Assembly (NCBI GenBank): GCA_034176745.1
Contig: JAXFTO010000057.1
Span: 6,442 to 70,441 of the forward strand
DNA: 64,000 bases
Source: Bariatricus sp.
Lineage (GTDB): Bacteria; Bacillota; Clostridia; Lachnospirales; Lachnospiraceae
Direction: 5' to 3'
The first letter of the stretch is position 1, and every line of letters starts with the position of its first letter. Made by a program: the position numbers and the translations under genes. Below, piece by piece: positions 56,135-64,000 of this stretch. Below the pieces are notes generated by a model that worked only from the letters and a program-made list of their open reading frames with translations, searched no databases and was not told where the DNA came from.

Positions 56135-56917
56135 ATGAGCGTACAGTTATTGGATAAAACAAGAAAGATAAACAAACTGCTGCACAATAATAATTCTAGC
56201 AAAGTAGTTTTTAATGATATCTGTGAGGTACTTACAGATATTTTAAGATCGAATGTACTTGTAGTCAGCAGGAAGGGGAAAGTACTGGGAGTAAGTATCT
56301 GCCCGGGGGTTCCGGAAATCAAAGAACTTCTGATGGGAGAAGTTGGCGGACATATCGATGAGATGCTGAACGAACGACTGCTTAACATACTGTCAACGAA
56401 GGAGAATGTGAATCTTCAGACACTGGGATTTACTCCTGAGAATGTAAAGGGATATCAGGCAATCATAACTCCGATTGAAATTGCAGGAGAGAGGCTGGGA
56501 AGTCTGTTCATTTATAAAAAAGATGCATTATATGAGATTGATGATATTATTCTCAGTGAATACGGAACTACAGTGGTAGGTCTTGAGATGCTTCGTTCTG
56601 TAAATGAAGAAAGCGCAGAAGAGACAAGGAAGGAACAGATTGTACAGTCAGCAATCAGTACATTATCTTTCTCTGAGCTTGAGGCGATCATTCATATTTT
56701 TGATGAACTTGACGGTATGGAAGGAATCCTGGTCGCAAGCAAGATCGCAGACAGAGTTGGAATTACCCGTTCCGTAATTGTAAACGCACTTCGTAAGTTT
56801 GAAAGTGCGGGAGTCATTGAATCCAGATCCTCAGGTATGAAGGGAACTTATATTAAAGTTGTAAATGATTACGTGTTTAAAGAACTGGAAAAAATTAAAA
56901 AAGAGAAAATGAAATAA
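56135..56917 (+). CDS. codY: GTP-sensing pleiotropic transcriptional regulator CodY
   Basis: LL.KTRKIN.LL N-terminus, GAF domain, and C-terminal wHTH (ASKIADRVGITRSVIVNALRK.ESAGVIESRS.GMKGTYIKV). The ATG at 56135 follows GGAGGA. Confidence 0.95.
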   Translation: MSVQLLDKTRKINKLLHNNNSSKVVFNDICEVLTDILRSNVLVVSRKGKVLGVSICPGVPEIKELLMGEVGGHIDEMLNERLLNILSTKENVNLQTLGFTPENVKGYQAIITPIEIAGERLGSLFIYKKDALYEIDDIILSEYGTTVVGLEMLRSVNEESAEETRKEQIVQSAISTLSFSELEAIIHIFDELDGMEGILVASKIADRVGITRSVIVNALRKFESAGVIESRSSGMKGTYIKVVNDYVFKELEKIKKEKMK

Positions 56918-56929
56918 AACAGAAGAGAA

Positions 56930-56958
56930 GGGTATCAGGAGGCTGATACCCTTTTTTT
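56930..56958 (+). terminator. Intrinsic terminator after codY
   Basis: GGGTATCAG-GAGG-CTGATACCC followed by TTTTTTT. Confidence 0.85.
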
Positions 56959-56975
56959 GAAGGAGGAATAGAACG

Positions 56976-57281
56976 ATGTACGACGGAGACAGAGCGGTCA
57001 TTTCGATGATTCACAATTACCTGGAAGACCAGAGTATTGATGATACAGTATACAAATGTACTGTGATTGAATATCAGAAAGAGATGGAACAGCTTCATCT
57101 TAGAATGAGTACGGGAGAAATTACGGATATTTCTCTGGATGCAGTGTACGAATGCAGAATCCAGACGATCAAAGGAGAGGCCGTGTGTAAAGGTGTGATC
57201 AAGGAAAGATACGAGAACCGTGCCGGTATGATTCTCATTTTCCAGATCGCAAACGGCTTTTATGAAATAAATATAAAGTAA
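56976..57281 (+). CDS. Hypothetical 101-aa protein
   Basis: Strong AGGAGG 9 nt upstream of the ATG, and an intact ORF between the codY terminator and the groES promoter. I recognise no family; there is only weak resemblance to PilZ-like beta-barrels (DISLDA). Confidence 0.55.
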   Translation: MYDGDRAVISMIHNYLEDQSIDDTVYKCTVIEYQKEMEQLHLRMSTGEITDISLDAVYECRIQTIKGEAVCKGVIKERYENRAGMILIFQIANGFYEINIK

Positions 57282-57303
57282 TTATAAAATTAAAAAAGGT
57301 ATG

Positions 57304-57332
57304 TTGACAAATAATAGTCGTAGTGCTATTTT
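57304..57332 (+). promoter_or_regulatory. Sigma-A-type promoter of groESL
   Basis: TTGACA (57304-57309), 17-nt spacer, TATTTT preceded by TGc (extended -10), directly upstream of CIRCE. Confidence 0.65.
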
Positions 57333-57347
57333 ATATCTAGACAGTTT

Positions 57348-57374
57348 TTAGCACTCGAATTTAATGAGTGCTAA
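57348..57374 (+). promoter_or_regulatory. CIRCE operator (HrcA binding site) of groESL
   Basis: Perfect consensus TTAGCACTC-N9-GAGTGCTAA between the promoter and the groES SD. Confidence 0.95.
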
Positions 57375-57404
57375 CAAATATATAGAAATCAAGGAGGAAT
57401 TACA

Positions 57405-57689
57405 ATGAGATTAGAACCTTTAGGTGACAGAGTTGTATTAAAACAGTTAGTAGCAGAAGAGACTACAAAGTCAGGTATCGTTTTACCGGGACAGTCCAAA
57501 GAGAAACCGCAGCAGGCAGAAGTAATCGCTGTAGGACCGGGCGGAATGGTTGACGGTAAGGAAGTAACGATGAATGTGAAAGTCGGCGATCAGGTTATCT
57601 ATTCTAAATATTCCGGAACAGAAGTAGAACTGGATGATGTGGAATATATCATTGTAAAGCAGAATGATATTCTTGCAGTAATTAAATAA
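57405..57689 (+). CDS. groES: Co-chaperonin GroES
   Basis: M.L.PLGDRV..K........T..GI.LP full-length GroES similarity. Confidence 0.97.
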   Translation: MRLEPLGDRVVLKQLVAEETTKSGIVLPGQSKEKPQQAEVIAVGPGGMVDGKEVTMNVKVGDQVIYSKYSGTEVELDDVEYIIVKQNDILAVIK

Positions 57690-57738
57690 TAATTAGCCGT
57701 ATCAGTCCGAAAGGACAGAAATTATAAAACAGGAGTGA

Positions 57739-59370
<1,632 letters not shown>

Positions 59371-59398
59371 AATCTGCTGTTTAGATAAGCCATTTTTG

Positions 59399-59429
59399 AA
59401 AACTCCTCATAAAGAGGAGTTTTCTTTTT
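59399..59429 (+). terminator. Intrinsic terminator after groEL
   Basis: AAACTCCTC-ATAAA-GAGGAGTTT followed by TCTTTTT. Confidence 0.85.
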
Positions 59430-59439
59430 GGGTAAAAGG

Positions 59440-59448
59440 TGCTACAAT
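59440..59448 (+). promoter_or_regulatory. Extended -10 promoter element upstream of the 162-aa membrane protein gene
   Basis: TGcTACAAT, 32 nt upstream of the ATG at 59480, just after the groEL terminator. Confidence 0.45.
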
Positions 59449-59479
59449 GATAGAAATATAAAAATTATGGAGGTATGAC

Positions 59480-59968
59480 ATGGGTGATTTATATACCGAA
59501 CAGCTTGTGAAGAGAACTACTCTTGCAAGTACAGTCATTAAGAAGGCAGCATTGATTCTGCTTACAGTTGCTTCATTCGGATTTATGATGATTATTCCGA
59601 TTGCGATTATCGCACCGATCATCATGATTTGTCTGGATGTTTTCCTGTTCCGCAGTATGGATGTGGAGTTCGAGTATCTTTTTATCAATGGTGCACTGGA
59701 CATCGATAAGATTATGGCAAAGTCAAAAAGAAAGAAAGTATTCGAGATGGAGCTGAATGATATGGAACTGATCGCAAAGTCAGGTTCTGCAGAATTAAGA
59801 CCTTATCAGGGACTTAAGGCAGTAGACTATAGCTCAGGAAGTCAGGATTCAAAGCACTATGAAATGGTGGTTGTGAAAAAAGGGGAAAAGAAGCGAGTAG
59901 TGATTGATCCGAATGATGAGATCCTGAACGGAATGAAGATGCTTGCCCCGAGAAAAGTTTTTATTTAG
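59480..59968 (+). CDS. Hypothetical membrane protein (two TM helices plus ~100-aa soluble domain; DUF6106-like)
   Basis: 162-aa ORF with GGAGG 6 nt upstream and an extended -10 promoter upstream. Hydrophobic segments are AALILLTVASFGFMMIIPIAIIAPIIMICLDVFLF. The DUF assignment is from memory and unverified. Confidence 0.6.
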   Translation: MGDLYTEQLVKRTTLASTVIKKAALILLTVASFGFMMIIPIAIIAPIIMICLDVFLFRSMDVEFEYLFINGALDIDKIMAKSKRKKVFEMELNDMELIAKSGSAELRPYQGLKAVDYSSGSQDSKHYEMVVVKKGEKKRVVIDPNDEILNGMKMLAPRKVFI

Positions 59969-59970
59969 GG

Positions 59971-60000
59971 TTGACACAGGCGTTAAATATATTGTATGAT
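59971..60000 (+). promoter_or_regulatory. Sigma-A-type promoter of guaB
   Basis: TTGACA (59971-59976), 18-nt spacer, TATGAT (59995-60000). Confidence 0.55.
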
Positions 60001-60002
60001 AG

Positions 60003-61502
<1,500 letters not shown>

Positions 61503-61510
61503 AGAATGAA

Positions 61511-61550
61511 AGAGGATGCCTTAGCAGTATTTGCCGAGGCATCTTTTTTT
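61511..61550 (+). terminator. Intrinsic terminator after guaB
   Basis: GATGCCT...AGGCATC stem followed by TTTTTTT. Confidence 0.75.
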
Positions 61551-61639
61551 AAGAAAAAAATAATGAAATATTCAGCCTTTCTCCAAAAGGATGTGATAAA
61601 GTAAAATCGTAAATACGTGCAGATGAAGGTGGAAAGAAC

Positions 61640-62365
61640 ATGTTTAGAAGAAGACGAAGAAGGAAAAGGCGTTTGAATAGAAGTGCCGGAGGCCGAAACC
61701 AAGGATATACAAGGAAACAGCAGGTCAGGCTTTTCAGACATTTGAAATGGGGAGCTATTTTCCTTATCGTACTCATTCTGATACTTTTGTTCATGAAAAT
61801 AACCGGTACTCGATTATTTGGTATCGGAAAATATAAAGAACTGGATGATTCAAAAATTGAAGCGACAAAGCCGGACATCGATGTGGAACTTTTGACTGTG
61901 AATGAATATTCAAGACCCGGAACAAACACCGGGGAAATCAAGGGAATCGTGATTCATTACACAGCAAATCCCGGAGCAACGGCGATGCAGAACCGGAATT
62001 ATTTTGAAGGGCTGAAGGATACTCATCTCACGAAGGCCAGTAGTCATTTCATCGTGGGACTGGAGGGGGAAATCATACAGTGTGTACCTACCTGGGAAGT
62101 GGCATATGCATCGAATGATCGTAATATAGATACGGTTTCTATTGAATGCTGTCATCCGGATGAAACCGGGAAGTTTAACGAGGCGACCTATCGCAAGATG
62201 GTACAGCTCACCGCGTGGCTATGTGAGAAATTTAGTCTGGATGAAAATGATGTAATCCGTCATTATGATGTAACGGGGAAGAATTGCCCAAAATATTTTG
62301 TGGAAAATGAAGATGCCTGGGAACAGTTTAAAGAAGATGTGAAGAGCGCTCTTGAGGAAGGCTAG
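61640..62365 (+). CDS. N-acetylmuramoyl-L-alanine amidase (Amidase_2/PGRP domain) with polybasic TM anchor
   Basis: Amidase_2 motifs (IVIHYTANPG, SSHFIVG, SIECCH, HYDVTGK.CP). The N-terminus is MFRRRRRRKRR followed by a TM helix. Confidence 0.85.
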   Translation: MFRRRRRRKRRLNRSAGGRNQGYTRKQQVRLFRHLKWGAIFLIVLILILLFMKITGTRLFGIGKYKELDDSKIEATKPDIDVELLTVNEYSRPGTNTGEIKGIVIHYTANPGATAMQNRNYFEGLKDTHLTKASSHFIVGLEGEIIQCVPTWEVAYASNDRNIDTVSIECCHPDETGKFNEATYRKMVQLTAWLCEKFSLDENDVIRHYDVTGKNCPKYFVENEDAWEQFKEDVKSALEEG

Positions 62366-62432
62366 GGTTTTATGTTATACTGAAACAATAAACTTATGCC
62401 AAGGCATAGGAGACGCGAAATGAGGAAGAAGA

Positions 62433-62984
62433 ATGAAGAATTTTGATGAAAAGAATCTGGGGTACAATATTGTATTGATTGGATTTATGGGAGCCGGAAA
62501 AAGTACGGTTTCAGCGTATCTGAACAGCCGGTACAACATGGAAGTCATTGAGATGGACCAGGTGATATCTGACCGCGAGAAGATGACGATATCGGATATT
62601 TTCGCTGTGCACGGAGAGGAATATTTTAGAAATTTGGAGACGAATCTTTTGATCGAAATGCAGTCCCAGACGAACAAAGTGATTTCCTGCGGCGGTGGTG
62701 TTGCCATGAGGGAATGTAATGTAGCAGAAATGAAGAAGAATGGCCGTGTTGTACTGCTTAAAGCAGCCCCTGAGACGATTCTGGAACGCGTAAAGGACAG
62801 TAATGAACGCCCGCTCTTAAATGGCCATAAGGATGTCACTTATATCAGCAATCTGATGGAAGTAAGAAGACCGAAGTATGAAGCTGCTGCAGATATTATG
62901 ATTGATACTGACCAGAAGAATGTTGCAGAAATTTGTGAAGAAATCATGCAAAAACTTAAGGAAATGGATGAAAAAGATGTTTAA
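62433..62984 (+). CDS. aroK: Shikimate kinase
   Basis: Walker A GFMGAGKST, the shikimate-binding region (CGGG), and typical size (183 aa). Confidence 0.9.
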   Translation: MKNFDEKNLGYNIVLIGFMGAGKSTVSAYLNSRYNMEVIEMDQVISDREKMTISDIFAVHGEEYFRNLETNLLIEMQSQTNKVISCGGGVAMRECNVAEMKKNGRVVLLKAAPETILERVKDSNERPLLNGHKDVTYISNLMEVRRPKYEAAADIMIDTDQKNVAEICEEIMQKLKEMDEKDV

Positions 62985-63480
62985 AATGTTCTATCCGGAT
63001 GCCTATGCGGCATCCACCTATGTGATTGATTTTGAAAAATTATATGAACGAGGAATCAGGGGGCTTATTTTTGATATCGATAATACTCTGGTGCCTCACG
63101 GAGCACCGGCTGATGCGCGCTCAATAGAGTTGTTTGAAAAACTTAGAAATATCGGCTTTGATACCTGCCTGATTTCGAACAATCAGGAACCGAGGGTGAA
63201 GCCATTTGCGGAAAAAGTAGGCAGTAAATACGTTTTTAATGCGCATAAACCTTCCACAAAGAATTATAAAAAAGCCATGGAACTGATGGATACGAAGAAA
63301 GATGCGACAGTTTTTATCGGAGATCAGTTATTTACGGATGTCTGGGGAGCGAAAAGAACCGGAATAGAGAGTATTCTTGTGAAACCGCTCCACCCGAAAG
63401 AAGAGATTCAGATTGTTTTGAAGCGTTATCTTGAAAGAATTGTGCTTTATTTTTATGAAAAAGATAAAAATAATAGATAA
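62977..63480 (+). CDS. yqeG: YqeG-family HAD-IIIA phosphatase
   Basis: DIDNTL motif I, SNN motif II and IGDQLFTD motif IV. The ATG at 62977 overlaps the aroK stop by 8 nt. Confidence 0.85.
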   Translation: MFKMFYPDAYAASTYVIDFEKLYERGIRGLIFDIDNTLVPHGAPADARSIELFEKLRNIGFDTCLISNNQEPRVKPFAEKVGSKYVFNAHKPSTKNYKKAMELMDTKKDATVFIGDQLFTDVWGAKRTGIESILVKPLHPKEEIQIVLKRYLERIVLYFYEKDKNNR

Positions 63481-63489
63481 TAAGTATGG

Positions 63490-63521
63490 AAGAGTCCCGA
63501 AATCGAGACTCTTTTATTTTT
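63490..63521 (+). terminator. Intrinsic terminator after yqeG
   Basis: AAGAGTC-C-CGA-AA-TCG-A-GACTCTT followed by TTATTTTT. Confidence 0.75.
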
Positions 63522-63615
63522 GTAAATAGAAATATAGATATAATACATGATTATGATAGTATTTTTCTATATTATGTGTTATTGTAAAAATAAAAGGAGA
63601 AAGGTGGTAGGGTTT

Positions 63616-64000
63616 ATGAATTTAAATCAGCTTTACTATTTTGCAACTTTGGCGCGGGTGGAGCATTATACGAAAGCCGCTGAAATGCTTTCCATCACTC
63701 AGCCGAGTCTAAGCCATGCCATCAGTGTGCTGGAACAAGAACTGGGAACCAGTCTTTTTGAAAAGCGCGGAAGAAATGTTGCACTGACAAAGTACGGAAA
63801 GGTATTTTTGGAGTATGTAAATGAGTCTCTTGCAATTCTTGATTCAGGTGTGAAAAAGATGAGGTCGTTCACAAGTGAAACGAGTGGAATAATTGATTTA
63901 GCGTACATTTATACACTTGGCAGTGTTTTTGTACCACAACTGGTAGGAGAGTTTTTGAAAAGACATGAAGATTGGAATATTGAATTCCATTTTTATGTGG
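63616..64000 (+). CDS. LysR-family transcriptional regulator (5' part; runs off the window)
   Basis: Translation from the ATG at 63616 gives MNLNQLYYFATLARVEHYTKAAEMLSITQPSLSHAISVLEQELG, a canonical LysR wHTH. The frame is open to the window end. Confidence 0.85.
   Translation, partial: MNLNQLYYFATLARVEHYTKAAEMLSITQPSLSHAISVLEQELGTSLFEKRGRNVALTKYGKVFLEYVNESLAILDSGVKKMRSFTSETSGIIDLAYIYTLGSVFVPQLVGEFLKRHEDWNIEFHFYV

Noticed and set aside
61640-62365. The Amidase_2 gene as a prophage endolysin remnant or mobile-element marker
   Set aside because: It is flanked by guaB and aroK with normal terminators. There are no holin, integrase or other phage genes, and it carries a housekeeping-style TM anchor.

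Overview
This 64-kb window looks like a core chromosomal region of a spore-forming Firmicute. The class (Clostridia, Lachnospiraceae-like) is an inference from gene content, gene order and a type-A RNase P RNA. It is densely packed, with about 59 CDS, mostly on the + strand and almost all recognisable housekeeping genes. RNA modification and ribosome genes: trmK, NIF3, rluA-family, tgt, prmA, rsmE, nifS-thiI, mtaB, trmR/U32, der and rnj. Aromatic amino-acid genes sit at five separate loci: aroC, aroE, aroF-aroB, pheA and aroK. There is a leuB-ilvD-ilvB-serC-serA block, pyrBI and guaB. Envelope genes: an L,D-transpeptidase, a NodB deacetylase with cell-wall-binding repeats, an amidase, and plsY-gpsA. 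Sporulation genes: spoIVA with a sigma-E-type promoter, and a sigK-like sigma factor without a pro-sequence. Also present are comM-dprA-topA-codY and groESL with a perfect CIRCE operator. One RNase P RNA gene and one T-box leader (upstream of aroF-aroB) are present. I saw no tRNA or rRNA genes, CRISPR arrays, IS or transposon genes, prophage modules or defence islands. I do not find a convincing novel multi-gene system and the region is largely ordinary. The items most worth a second look are: (1) a roughly 230-nt structured spacer between the T-box terminator and the aroF start that resembles a second, degenerate Stem I; (2) inconsistent tRNA-identity signals within the T-box itself; (3) a P-type ATPase whose conserved N-terminus lies upstream of any canonical start codon, suggesting an ATT start; (4) the uninterrupted sigK-like gene lacking a pro-sequence; (5) a heavily nested-hairpin intergenic region between spoIVA and mogA; (6) an identical RRRKRKK polybasic anchor on unrelated peptidoglycan enzymes. 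All coordinates of RNA and regulatory elements were located by eye and should be taken as +/- a few nt.
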